From NCBI GenBank assembly GCA_964603025.1, contig CAZRTO010000001.1:8428-72427 (forward strand): 64,000 nucleotides of DNA, in the 5' to 3' direction. This stretch comes from an uncultured bacterium (GTDB taxonomy: Bacteria; Margulisbacteria; WOR-1; JAKLHX01). The position numbers and the translations under genes are program-made. Every line of letters starts with the position of its first letter. The first letter of the stretch is position 1. Shown one piece after another: positions 1 through 8,059 of this stretch. A model generated the notes under the pieces. The model ran no database searches. It was not told the origin of the DNA and worked only from the letters and a program-made list of their open reading frames with translations.

Positions 1-299
1 GGCTCAAGCTTGAACTTGACGCCTCTTTTCTCGAAAAATTCTATCGTGTCTGAATTTGAATAATTATGGAGCATGCTGAGCATGAAGAATGGATTTTTCA
101 TGTAATTGGCCGCGAAAGCTTTAAGATCGGTCTCGGCATTGGTCACGTTACAGCGCCCGTTGCCGCAAAGAAGCAGTTTTCTGCCGGCAGAGGGTCCTTT
201 TTCAAGGATAATGACCTTCTTCCCTCTTTCGGCTGCCCTGATCGCCGCGGTCATTCCGGCCGGACCGGCCCCTACTATGACAAGATCGTAATTGGACAT
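1..299 (-). CDS. FAD-dependent oxidoreductase, HI0933/YhiN-like family (N-terminal part; 3' end beyond window start)
   Basis: Minus-strand ATG at 299 overlaps the Maf stop by 1 nt (TGATG). Translation is MSNYDLVIVGAGPAGMTAAI...KLLLCGNGRCNVTN..., an FAD Rossmann GxGxxG plus the GRCNVTN motif typical of the HI0933 family. The frame stays open to coordinate 1, so it is absent from the ORF track. Confidence 0.7.
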   Translation of the reverse strand, partial: MSNYDLVIVGAGPAGMTAAIRAAERGKKVIILEKGPSAGRKLLLCGNGRCNVTNAETDLKAFAANYMKNPFFMLSMLHNYSNSDTIEFFEKRGVKFKLE

Positions 300-883
300 C
301 AGTCCGGCACCACCCCGTATTTTTTGAGTTCCGCGCAAAACCTGCTTAGAGGCAGCCCGACCACGTTGAAGTAATCTCCTGCTATTCCCTCCACCAGCAA
401 AGCCCCTTTCCCCTGTACCGCGAACGCGCCGGCCTTATCCATGGGCTCTCCCGTTCCGACGTACCATTTTATCTCCGCGGGAGACAGTTCTCTTATCTTC
501 ACCGAGGTCCTTACGGAGAACGAGGAACTCTTTCCAGTAACAGTATCAAGCACGGCCACCGAAGTCATGACGATCACGTTCTTGCCGCTGATTCTCCTGA
601 GCATTTTTTCTGCGGCTCCTGGGCCTGACGGTTTGCCGAGCATCCGCCCCGAGCAGAAAACCTCGGTATCCGCTGATATTATAATAGCGCCTGGATATTT
701 TGCGGCTATAGATCGAGCTTTTAGAATGGCCAGTTTTTTAAGGCCGGCCGGAGAATGAGGTATCCTTTGGGCTTTTTCGTCCAGCGCGTGATCGGCGAAC
801 CTTATGCGGCCCCCATAGATCCCGGAGATCATTTCTTTTCTTCTAGGCGATGAAGTGGCAAATACAGCTTTTTTCCTGGCCAT
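299..883 (-). CDS. maf: Maf-like nucleoside triphosphate pyrophosphatase (septum formation protein Maf)
   Basis: 194 aa. N-terminal SSPRR motif and a Maf family length and profile. Confidence 0.85.
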   Translation of the reverse strand: MARKKAVFATSSPRRKEMISGIYGGRIRFADHALDEKAQRIPHSPAGLKKLAILKARSIAAKYPGAIIISADTEVFCSGRMLGKPSGPGAAEKMLRRISGKNVIVMTSVAVLDTVTGKSSSFSVRTSVKIRELSPAEIKWYVGTGEPMDKAGAFAVQGKGALLVEGIAGDYFNVVGLPLSRFCAELKKYGVVPD

Positions 884-890
884 ATGAATG

Positions 891-1448
891 TCAGCCCCCG
901 TATCTGTTCATGAAGGCTATATCTTGGTGCGGCAGCCGCGCAGGCCTTTCCTTTTCGGCGGACACCTGTTTGTCCGACAATACAGGATCCATGGACGATG
1001 AATGTTTTCCGACTATTATCAGGGTTATGAGCCTGAAATTATCCGGTATAGCGAGTGCTGCTTTGGCCTTTGCCTCATCAAATCCCGCTATGGGATGCGC
1101 CACAAGCCCCATTTCTGTCGCTCTCAAAATAAGGAAGGCGGCTGATAGTCCCGAATCAAAAAGGTAGTATTCCCGTCCCTTTATGACGCAATCATCGTTC
1201 CTGTCGCAGAGAACGGCAATGATCATCGAGGCGTTCCTGGCCCATTCATTCCCCGCAGAAAAAACCCCGGACAAACCGGAAAGTGCGGAAGCATCATGAA
1301 CAAAAACGTATCTCCACGGTTGATTATTGAAACAGGAAGGGGCCAGAGAAGCGGCAGAGATAAGCGCTTGAAGAGTTTCGCCGGTAATGGCAGTCCTCTC
1401 AAGGGAGCGGTATGCCCTCCGTTGATCTATAGCGTCCCTTACTGTCAC
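891..1448 (-). CDS. nitroreductase family protein
   Basis: 185 aa. Nitroreductase-fold signature (RRAYRSL..., conserved FMN-binding region) and typical length. Confidence 0.7.
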   Translation of the reverse strand: MTVRDAIDQRRAYRSLERTAITGETLQALISAASLAPSCFNNQPWRYVFVHDASALSGLSGVFSAGNEWARNASMIIAVLCDRNDDCVIKGREYYLFDSGLSAAFLILRATEMGLVAHPIAGFDEAKAKAALAIPDNFRLITLIIVGKHSSSMDPVLSDKQVSAEKERPARLPHQDIAFMNRYGG

Positions 1449-4171
1449 GCTTTCTTGCCTTTCAGCCTTCGGACCAGTTTTTCAGCTTCGATAACGACAA
1501 ACCCCGCAAAACTTATCAGAACTATCTCGGCCCAGGCCAGCGGGCTTATCGGCCCGGTACCGAACATGGTGTTCATGACTGGCAGATAAGTGATAAGCGC
1601 TTGAGCCCCCACCATCAGGAATATGCCGATGAAGACTGTGCCGTTGGAAAAGAATCCTATGGAAAACGGGGACTTCTGGAACGACCGGCTGTTCAAAAGG
1701 TAGAAGACCTTCCCGATCACCAGCACGTTCAGGGCTATCGTACGCAGAACAGGTATGTCCATATCATATCTGAAGCCGACGATAAAATACATCAGATATA
1801 CGCTCCCAACAAGCAGGAGGGTGGAAACTACGGTCCTCATCGTGATATCAGGGGTGAAGATCGGGAGCCTGGAATCGTTGGGAGGGCGGAACATTATGTT
1901 CTCTTCTTTGGGCTCAAAAGCAAGCGGCATGCCCAAAAATATCGCGGTCATCATATTGCTCCACAATATCTGAAGCGGTGATATAGGGAGCGGCATGTTA
2001 AGTACTATGGCCACCATAAGGATCAAGCCTTCCGCCGCGTTCGTCGGAATTGTCCAGGCAATGAATTTCCTCAGGTTGTCGAACACGCCCCTCCCCTCCT
2101 CGACCGCGGCTTCTATGGAAGCAAAATTGTCGTCCGTAAGCACCATTTCGGCGGCTTCCTTGGCCACTTCCGTGCCGTCGCGCCCCATGGCTATTCCGAT
2201 ATTGGCCTGTTTGAGAGCCGGAGCATCGTTCACTCCGTCCCCTGTCATCGCGACCACATGTCCTTTTTTCTGAAGGGCTTTTACGATATGCAGCTTTTGT
2301 TCAGGGGATACCCTTGCGAACACGGATGTCATTTCGGCTCTTTCCGGGAATTCCATGTCGCTCCATCCGGCTATCTCAGTGCCGGTGGCGGCCTTGATTT
2401 CATCCGGGTCTTTTTCGAAACCGGCTTTGAGGCCCATCATTTTAGCGATGGCCCTTGCTGTTTCAATATGGTCCCCGGTGATCATTTTTACGATAATTCC
2501 GGCGTTGTGGCAGGATTGGATGGCCTTTACAGCTTCTTCACGCGGAGGATCGATCATCGCCTGGAACCCCAGAAAAACAAGGTCAGACTTAATATCCTCA
2601 TGATCTATCGCCCTCTTGTCGCCGGGAAACGGCTTTTTAGCCATCGCGATAACACGGAATCCTTTTCTTGCGAGGGTTTCGGCGGCCGCTAAAAATCCGG
2701 CGGCATCCATTACCTCTGACCCGACAGCGGATGAACATCTGGGAATTATGGCTTCGACAGACCCCTTGATATAGGCAACAGCGCCTTCCGTTCCGCTGTA
2801 TGAATGCAGCGTCGCCATATACCTGTTCTCAGATTCAAAAGGAATGACATCTATCCTTGCCGCCCTCTCTGTCAATGCTTCTCTTTCCATGATCCCGGAT
2901 TTTTCTGCCGACACCAGAAGCGCTCCTTCGGTCGGATCGCCGTGAACCGAATATACGCCTTCTTTTTCGGAAAGCCTTGAGTCATTGCACAAAGCACCGC
3001 AGGCAAGGCACTCCTCAAGCGCGGGATCCTCCTTATAGTCGACTTCGCGTTCTTCGTCAAATATCTTGCCGGCCGGAATATATCCCACCCCGGAAACCGT
3101 ATAGGTCTTGTTGCCGGCAAATATCTTTTGCACGGTCATTTTGTTCTCGGTAAGCGTCCCGGTCTTGTCCGAACAGATCACGGTCGTGCTCCCTAGCGTT
3201 TCCACCGCAGGAAGCCTCCTTATTATGGCCTTGCGCGCGGCCATGCGGGATACTCCTATGGCAAGGATGATAGTTACCGCGGCGGGAAGCCCTTCGGGTA
3301 TAGCGCCGACCGCAAGGGCCACTACTGCCATGAAGGATTCAAAGACCGGTTTGGAATACACAAAGGAACCCATAAAGAACGTGAATACCGAAACGCCTAT
3401 TATCGCCCAAAGGAGCGTCTTGCTGAACCTGGTGATCTTGGCCGTCAGTGGTGTTTCAAGCGTTTCCGAACTTTCCACCAGGTCTGATATCCTTCCCACC
3501 TCCGTTGCGTTCCCTGTAGCTGTGACCACAGCCTTACCTGATCCATGCGTTATCAGCGTGGAAGCATAAGCCATGCAATGCCTGTCGCCAAGAACGGCAT
3601 TTTCTTTAACGGGGGCCGGGGCCTTTTCCACTGAAAGGGATTCGCCGGTCAGCACGGATTCATTTATTTTGAGATCTTTGGCGGTTATTATCCTCATATC
3701 CGCGGACACTTTGTCTCCCGATGTAAGAACGATTATGTCCCCCGGAACGAGATCTTCGGAATTCACCGTATGCTTTGCTCCGTCCCTTATCACCGTCGCC
3801 TGCGAGATCATCGTCTTGGCCAGCGCCGCCAGCGCGTTCACCGCTTTTGATTCCTGCATATATCCTATAACGGCATTGACGAACACCACCCCGAAGATCA
3901 CCGAAGAGTCTATGAAGTGCTGCATGAACAGGGTCGCCGTGCCGGCGGCGATGAGCGTGTATATCATCGGCTGGTTGAACTGGGAAAGGAACATGAGGAT
4001 CGGGCTGTGCTGCTTCTTTTTCCTTATTATGTTAGGGCCGTGTTTCTCTTTTCTCTCAAAAGCCTCCTTTTCCGAAAGGCCTTTTTCGGGGTCCACATTC
4101 AGGTCGCCCAGCGCCTTGACCACATCGATATAGTGCCATGCCGATCCTGATATAAGAGATCTCTCAGTCAT
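1445..4171 (-). CDS. cation-transporting P-type ATPase (Ca2+/Mg2+ type, P2 family)
   Basis: 908 aa. Phosphorylation motif CSDKTGTLT, hinge motif [21 protein letters not shown], and roughly 10 TM segments. Confidence 0.9.
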   Translation of the reverse strand: MTERSLISGSAWHYIDVVKALGDLNVDPEKGLSEKEAFERKEKHGPNIIRKKKQHSPILMFLSQFNQPMIYTLIAAGTATLFMQHFIDSSVIFGVVFVNAVIGYMQESKAVNALAALAKTMISQATVIRDGAKHTVNSEDLVPGDIIVLTSGDKVSADMRIITAKDLKINESVLTGESLSVEKAPAPVKENAVLGDRHCMAYASTLITHGSGKAVVTATGNATEVGRISDLVESSETLETPLTAKITRFSKTLLWAIIGVSVFTFFMGSFVYSKPVFESFMAVVALAVGAIPEGLPAAVTIILAIGVSRMAARKAIIRRLPAVETLGSTTVICSDKTGTLTENKMTVQKIFAGNKTYTVSGVGYIPAGKIFDEEREVDYKEDPALEECLACGALCNDSRLSEKEGVYSVHGDPTEGALLVSAEKSGIMEREALTERAARIDVIPFESENRYMATLHSYSGTEGAVAYIKGSVEAIIPRCSSAVGSEVMDAAGFLAAAETLARKGFRVIAMAKKPFPGDKRAIDHEDIKSDLVFLGFQAMIDPPREEAVKAIQSCHNAGIIVKMITGDHIETARAIAKMMGLKAGFEKDPDEIKAATGTEIAGWSDMEFPERAEMTSVFARVSPEQKLHIVKALQKKGHVVAMTGDGVNDAPALKQANIGIAMGRDGTEVAKEAAEMVLTDDNFASIEAAVEEGRGVFDNLRKFIAWTIPTNAAEGLILMVAIVLNMPLPISPLQILWSNMMTAIFLGMPLAFEPKEENIMFRPPNDSRLPIFTPDITMRTVVSTLLLVGSVYLMYFIVGFRYDMDIPVLRTIALNVLVIGKVFYLLNSRSFQKSPFSIGFFSNGTVFIGIFLMVGAQALITYLPVMNTMFGTGPISPLAWAEIVLISFAGFVVIEAEKLVRRLKGKKA

Positions 4172-4175
4172 GAGA

Positions 4176-4604
4176 TTATTTACCTATAAGAAAAAAGTCA
4201 AGGCCCGTCGTCTCGTCCACGACAACTTCACGGTGATATGCGATCATGATGAAGTTGCTTACATCATCTGTGTAAGGCTCACTATTTATCAATCCTCCGG
4301 TTGCCTCAAACGACGCGGGGAAATCCGTAGACGTAGAAAAATCCACGACTACATTGTAAGATCCGGGCTTAACGTTCAGGACCTCAAAAATCCCCGAGGA
4401 ATTTGAGGTCAATACAAAGGATTCCGGACCTGTGATAGTCACGGTCGCGGCTCGGGCAACAATATTCGTTGTGCTGCCATTGACCTTCCTAAAATATGTC
4501 ATTCCGTTTATATGGCCTGTTGTAGCTCCGGAAGTCCTGCAGCCGTATGAAGACAGAAGAATAGAAAAGAACAATAGAGACAATATGGTCGCTCTTAGCT
4601 TCAT
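4176..4604 (-). CDS. secreted/lipoprotein with carboxypeptidase-regulatory-like beta-sandwich domain (hypothetical)
   Basis: Start placed at MKLRATILSLLFF (ATG at 4604) with RBS AAAGGAGAGAGAA upstream. The track ORF extends into tRNA-His and was trimmed. Signal peptide present; GSYNVVVDF resembles the CarboxypepD_reg motif. Confidence 0.5.
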   Translation of the reverse strand: MKLRATILSLLFFSILLSSYGCRTSGATTGHINGMTYFRKVNGSTTNIVARAATVTITGPESFVLTSNSSGIFEVLNVKPGSYNVVVDFSTSTDFPASFEATGGLINSEPYTDDVSNFIMIAYHREVVVDETTGLDFFLIGK

Positions 4605-4638
4605 TTCTCTCTCCTTTCTAAATTCTCGGATTTCTGTC

Positions 4639-4717
4639 TGGGGTGGTCGACCGGACTCGAACCGGCAGCCTTCAGGGCCACAACCTGATGCTCTAACCAA
4701 ATTGAGCTACGACCACC
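4639..4717 (-). tRNA. tRNA-His (anticodon GTG) with encoded G-1 and CCA
   Basis: Reverse complement GGTGGTCGTAGCTCAATTTGGTTAGAGCATCAGGTTGTGGCCCTGAAGGCTGCCGGTTCGAGTCCGGTCGACCACCCCA. Anticodon loop TTGTGGC, an extra 5' G pairing with C73, and CCA encoded. Confidence 0.85.
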
Positions 4718-4780
4718 ATGCGCAAGGCGCCCTTGCTCCTTACTACTCACTCCTTAAGGAATAAGGAGCAAGGAGTAAGT

Positions 4781-4807
4781 GTTCAATTCCGCTTTGCGGA
4801 ATTGAAC
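4781..4807 (-). other. perfect 11-bp hairpin (gttcaattccg-ctttg-cggaattgaac) abutting 3' end of tRNA-Arg; probable processing/termination structure
   Basis: Exact inverted repeat read directly from the sequence. No U-tract follows on the minus strand. Confidence 0.5.
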
Positions 4808-4881
4808 CGTCCCCGGGGCGAATCGAACGCCCAACCTACAGCTTAGAAGGCTGTTGCTCTATCCAATTGAGCTACGGGGAC
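4808..4881 (-). tRNA. tRNA-Arg (anticodon TCT)
   Basis: Reverse complement GTCCCCGTAGCTCAATTGGATAGAGCAACAGCCTTCTAAGCTGTAGGTTGGGCGTTCGATTCGCCCCGGGGACG. Anticodon loop CTTCTAA. No encoded CCA. Confidence 0.85.
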
Positions 4882-4892
4882 ACAATTGAAAG

Positions 4893-4963
4893 AGCGGGCG
4901 ATGGGATTCGAACCCACGACCCCCTGCTTGGAAGGCAGGAGCTCTACCGCTGAGCTACACCCG
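4893..4963 (-). tRNA. tRNA-Gly (anticodon TCC)
   Basis: Reverse complement GCGGGTGTAGCTCAGCGGTAGAGCTCCTGCCTTCCAAGCAGGGGGTCGTGGGTTCGAATCCCATCGCCCGCT. Anticodon loop CTTCCAA. Confidence 0.85.
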
Positions 4964-4965
4964 CA

Positions 4966-5047
4966 TCTAGCTAATGGCTTATAGCTTATGGCTTATAGCC
5001 GGAAGATCATCGTCTATTATATTAGCTATATGCTATACGCCATTAGC
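4966..5047. repeat. palindromic inter-tRNA spacer element (imperfect ~18-bp inverted repeat plus 10-bp direct repeat ggcttatagc x2)
   Basis: gctaatggcttatagc (4969-4984) is complementary to gctatacgccattagc (5031-5046). ggcttatagc occurs at 4975-4984 and again at 4989-4998. Confidence 0.5.
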
Positions 5048-5057
5048 CATAAGCCAA

Positions 5058-5132
5058 ATCGGGGTGAGCCGATTCGAACGGCCGACCTCTCGCACCCCAA
5101 GCGAGTGCGCTAACCAAACTGCGCCACACCCC
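5058..5132 (-). tRNA. tRNA-Pro (anticodon GGG)
   Basis: Reverse complement CGGGGTGTGGCGCAGTTTGGTTAGCGCACTCGCTTGGGGTGCGAGAGGTCGGCCGTTCGAATCGGCTCACCCCGA. Anticodon loop TTGGGGT. Confidence 0.8.
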
Positions 5133-5268
5133 GTGAACGCCTTCGGCGTTAAGGAACAAGGAGCAAGGAATAAGGAGTAAGAACAAAATCAAATACTCCT
5201 ATTCAGCATTCCAACGCCTAAGCTATCATTAACAAGTATAACATGAGGATATTGGGTGGGATCATAGA

Positions 5269-5342
5269 ATCGGGGAGACAGGATTTGAACCTGCGGCCCC
5301 TTGCTCCCAAAGCAAGTGCTCTACCAAGCTGAGCTACTCCCC
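5269..5342 (-). tRNA. tRNA-Pro (anticodon TGG)
   Basis: Reverse complement CGGGGAGTAGCTCAGCTTGGTAGAGCACTTGCTTTGGGAGCAAGGGGCCGCAGGTTCAAATCCTGTCTCCCCGA. Anticodon loop TTTGGGA. Confidence 0.85.
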
Positions 5343-5468
5343 GTCATCTGAACCTGCGGCTCTCCCGCCAAAGGCGGGATGCTCTACCAAGCTGAGCTAC
5401 TCCCCGTCATCTGAACCTGCGGCTCTCCCGCCAAAGGCGGGATGCTCTACCAAGCTGAGCTACTCCCC
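5343..5468 (-). repeat. two exact tandem 63-nt copies of a 3'-truncated tRNA-Pro-like sequence (pseudo-tRNA repeats)
   Basis: Copy 1 spans 5343-5405 and copy 2 spans 5406-5468, both reading tcatctgaacctgcggctctcccgccaaaggcgggatgctctaccaagctgagctactccccg. They share the acceptor 5' strand, D-arm and part of the T-arm with the adjacent tRNA-Pro(TGG). The anticodon arm is replaced by a GC-rich hairpin, and the T-arm and acceptor 3' strand are missing. Confidence 0.65.
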
Positions 5469-5473
5469 GAAAT

Positions 5474-5509
5474 AAAAAACCGCGCTCTCATTATAACACG
5501 CGGTTTTTT
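5474..5509. terminator. bidirectional rho-independent terminator downstream of the repeat-protein gene
   Basis: aaaaaaccgcg-(14 nt loop)-cgcggtttttt. A GC stem flanked by an A-run and a T-run. Confidence 0.7.
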
Positions 5510-5532
5510 ATGCTTACTGTTACTGGGCAAAA

Positions 5533-6633
5533 TTATCTCAGAGAAACCCTCATTACAGGATATTTATCCGCAGATGACACATCAAAGATAAGCTTGTCAG
5601 GAACCGCCTCTTCCGGCATTACGAACACGTAAGCTGTCTGGAACGTTTCTGCCGGCATGAGCTCCTTTATGTCATCATTATCCGCCCAGTTTACCGGATT
5701 CTTTGCTATATTCTCCATGTAGTACACCCGGTTGGCATCGATCACCATCACCCTGTGATAGTCTCCGCCATACACAGCAGTGAAAGGATCTTTGTTCTTT
5801 ATCTCTACTGTTACAACATAGAATATCGTACCCGCCGGAGGCATGCCGCCCCTTGGATCGGAATTCTTTTTTTCAGCTTTGAGCACCCTAAACGCGGTGT
5901 GTCCGTTGTTCAACCAGGTGTCTACCGGACCTTCCAGCTCGGACAACTGAACGGCGGCTTTCCCCTTTGGGGCCGCTTTTGCCTGCTGCGCTTGATTACG
6001 CTGTATGTTCTGCCAATGCCTGACGACCCTTTGTTTTTCCGCCCGCAGAGCCCTGACGCGGGCTGAGTTCCCCTGAGCTCTGGCTGATGCTATCTGCGAG
6101 TCCAGCGTCTGGAGCCGGGCCCTTACTTCCGCCTGCGTGGACGGCAGCGGCGCGGCCGGCGTCTTGGCCGCAGGAGCGGCCGCCGGAGCCTTACCGCCTT
6201 TTTGTATGCTCTGCCAATGCCTGACGACCCTTTGTTTTTCCGCCTGCAGAGCCTTAACGCGGGCTGAGTTCCCCTGAGCTCTGGCTGATGCTATCTGCGA
6301 GTCCAGCGTCTGGAGCCGGGCCCTTACTTCCGCCTGCGTGGACGGCAGCGGCGCGGCCGGCGTCTTGGCCGCAGGAGCGGCCGCCGGAGCCTTACCGCCC
6401 TGCTGTATGGCCTTCCATCTGTTCAAGGTCCTTTGTTTTTCTGCCTGAAGCTCCTTGACCTTTGCGGTATTGCCCTGCGCCCTGTTAAAAGTGATCTTTG
6501 CATCCAAAAGCTTGATGTAGTCGGCAACTTCCTGCTGCGTAGGCTGTTTTGTCTGGGCTGAAACGGAGGCTATCATAAAGAGAGATAGTATTAGCGCCGC
6601 GGCAACACCTTTCGGGTCGTTTTTCTTTAACAT
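5533..6633 (-). CDS. secreted protein with Pro/Ala-rich linkers, tandem 67-aa helical repeats and a C-terminal DUF4352-like beta-sandwich domain (hypothetical)
   Basis: 366 aa. Signal peptide MLKKNDPKGVAAALILSLFMIASVSAQT. Repeated KAPAAAPAAKTPAAPLPSTQAEVRARLQTLDSQIASARAQGNSARVKALQAEKQRVVRHWQSIQKGG. RBS GGAGG upstream. Confidence 0.6.
   Translation of the reverse strand: MLKKNDPKGVAAALILSLFMIASVSAQTKQPTQQEVADYIKLLDAKITFNRAQGNTAKVKELQAEKQRTLNRWKAIQQGGKAPAAAPAAKTPAAPLPSTQAEVRARLQTLDSQIASARAQGNSARVKALQAEKQRVVRHWQSIQKGGKAPAAAPAAKTPAAPLPSTQAEVRARLQTLDSQIASARAQGNSARVRALRAEKQRVVRHWQNIQRNQAQQAKAAPKGKAAVQLSELEGPVDTWLNNGHTAFRVLKAEKKNSDPRGGMPPAGTIFYVVTVEIKNKDPFTAVYGGDYHRVMVIDANRVYYMENIAKNPVNWADNDDIKELMPAETFQTAYVFVMPEEAVPDKLIFDVSSADKYPVMRVSLR
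6002..6403. repeat. near-identical 201-bp tandem direct repeat (2 copies, plus a diverged third copy to ~6500) inside the secreted-protein gene
   Basis: Landmarks tgtatg(t/c)tctgccaatgcctgacgaccctttgtttttccgcc at 6002 and 6203, and ggctgagttcccctgagctc at 6061 and 6262, both offset by 201 bp. Confidence 0.85.
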
Positions 6634-6773
6634 CTTTTCGTGCCTCCTCGCATGCCAGGGATTATAAAGGATGTTGTAAATATAGCAAAGAGAGCTGTAT
6701 AAATCAACACTTGCCTTTACATGCTTCTATCGGCTTAAAGGCGGGAAAAATTGCATCAAATAATCAGAAGAAA

Positions 6774-6847
6774 TCGGGGCGGCGGGATTTGAACCCACGA
6801 CCTTTCGGTCCCGAACCGAACGCTCTACCAAGCTGAGCCACGCCCCG
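6774..6847 (-). tRNA. tRNA-Pro (anticodon CGG)
   Basis: Reverse complement CGGGGCGTGGCTCAGCTTGGTAGAGCGTTCGGTTCGGGACCGAAAGGTCGTGGGTTCAAATCCCGCCGCCCCGA. Anticodon loop TTCGGGA. Confidence 0.85.
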
Positions 6848-6864
6848 TTGTTAAAGTATCGATC

Positions 6865-7434
6865 TCAAAAAGAAGGGATATTATACGAAAATTTCTTATA
6901 ACCCGCCGGCACTTCGAACAATGAATCCGGCTGATCACCGAACTTTACGTTGCTAAGTTCCATTGACCACTTGCCGTCGACGGAAGACGTTTTCACGGGC
7001 ATCTGCATCCCCGAAGCCAGCCACTGATATATGGAATCCGTACGCCCCTCGGTCTTATATGAAACTTTATACTTGTCCGCCTTTATGCCGTTCACGGTCT
7101 CGGTCCCGAGCTTTTCCCTTTTTACCTCGTTGTCCATCTTCTGCACCATGCCCCTGGCCGAGTCCTCCGTAAAAGCCTGTTCCATATACATCTTTTGTTC
7201 AGGCATAAGTATCCAAACGGTCTTTTTGTCCATTCTTGATATGGTGACCGCCTGAGGATTTTCCATCCTGAATTTATCTCCGGCAAAGAACATCTTGCCT
7301 TTGAAAGAAGCGCCGCCCGATCTGCTGATGATCTCAGCCGAGAACTGCCTGTTGGCAGCCGTGGAGGAACATCCCGATATTATCACCGCGGAAATAATGA
7401 CAAGACATGCCGCCCAAACCGTTCTTTTGATCAT
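6865..7434 (-). CDS. lipoprotein, unknown function (LolA/DUF4412-like guess)
   Basis: 189 aa. Signal peptide with lipobox ISGC. Confidence 0.5.
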   Translation of the reverse strand: MIKRTVWAACLVIISAVIISGCSSTAANRQFSAEIISRSGGASFKGKMFFAGDKFRMENPQAVTISRMDKKTVWILMPEQKMYMEQAFTEDSARGMVQKMDNEVKREKLGTETVNGIKADKYKVSYKTEGRTDSIYQWLASGMQMPVKTSSVDGKWSMELSNVKFGDQPDSLFEVPAGYKKFSYNIPSF

Positions 7435-7462
7435 CTGCTCTCTCCTTTCGATGGATACTTCA

Positions 7463-8059
7463 TTATATCATCCGCAGGAGCTTTTTCAGCCTGCGGAAAG
7501 CCTGCCCCCTGTGAGACAAAAGGTTCTTTTGCCTTTCGGTCATCTGAGCAAAAGTCTTTGAATGTCCCGAAGGGATGAATACCGGATCATACCCGAACCC
7601 GCCGTCCCCCTGCATTTTAGAAGCGATCTTTCCGCGGCAGGCGCCTTTTACAATGATACACTTGCCCTTTGGATCGGCGAACGCCACAAAACATTGGAAG
7701 GCAGCCCCTCTGTCGCGCGACGGGACCGAGGCCATCACATCGAGCAGCTTCGCGCATAATCTTTCGGAGGTAACCGGAGGCCTTACGAACCTGGCGGACC
7801 TGACGCCCGGAGCCCCTTTCAAGGCTTTTACGCAAAGCCCCGAATCGTCAGAAACTGAAATGAGCCCGAACTTTTTAGCAGCGGCTTTTGCCTTTTTGGC
7901 CGCATTGCCGGCAAAAGTTGGCAGATCTTCTTTGACGCAAAGCCTCCCCTTTATGTCATCAAGAGACAATATCTTCAGGCCCTTGAGATCGAGCATCTTT
8001 TTTATCTCGCGGACCTTGTGCCTGTTGTTAGTTGCCAGCAGTATCTCTCTTAAGCGCAC
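7463..8059 (-). CDS. rdgB: non-canonical purine NTP pyrophosphatase (dITP/XTP pyrophosphatase) RdgB/HAM1
   Basis: 198 aa. Ham1 motifs NNRHKVREIK and GFGYDPVFIP...SHRG. Confidence 0.85.
   Translation of the reverse strand: MRLREILLATNNRHKVREIKKMLDLKGLKILSLDDIKGRLCVKEDLPTFAGNAAKKAKAAAKKFGLISVSDDSGLCVKALKGAPGVRSARFVRPPVTSERLCAKLLDVMASVPSRDRGAAFQCFVAFADPKGKCIIVKGACRGKIASKMQGDGGFGYDPVFIPSGHSKTFAQMTERQKNLLSHRGQAFRRLKKLLRMI

Noticed and set aside
66-374. 102-aa plus-strand ORF (and 106..291) at the window start
   Set aside because: It lies antisense to a well-supported minus-strand HI0933-family FAD oxidoreductase N-terminus (GAGPAGMTAAI, GRCNVTN). It has no RBS and no recognisable motif.
4605-4700. 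N-terminal 32-aa extension of ORF 4176..4700 (MVRASGCGPEGCRFESG...)
   Set aside because: The extension is the reverse-complement reading of tRNA-His. The real start is the downstream ATG at 4604, which has an AGGAG RBS and begins a signal peptide.
4974-5180. 68-aa ORF spanning the Gly/Pro tRNA spacer and tRNA-Pro(GGG)
   Set aside because: It overlaps a tRNA gene and a palindromic spacer. It has no RBS. Artefact of the ORF finder.
5343-5468. Possible CRISPR array, because of identical direct repeats
   Set aside because: There are only two copies, they are contiguous with no spacers, and they are clearly tRNA-derived. No cas genes are in the window.
4600-5530. Genomic island or integrative element at the tRNA cluster
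   Set aside because: There is no integrase, recombinase or transposase within the window. Flanking genes are ordinary chromosomal loci (P-type ATPase, secreted proteins). GC content does not visibly shift. Only the pseudo-tRNA repeats remain as a possible ancient scar.
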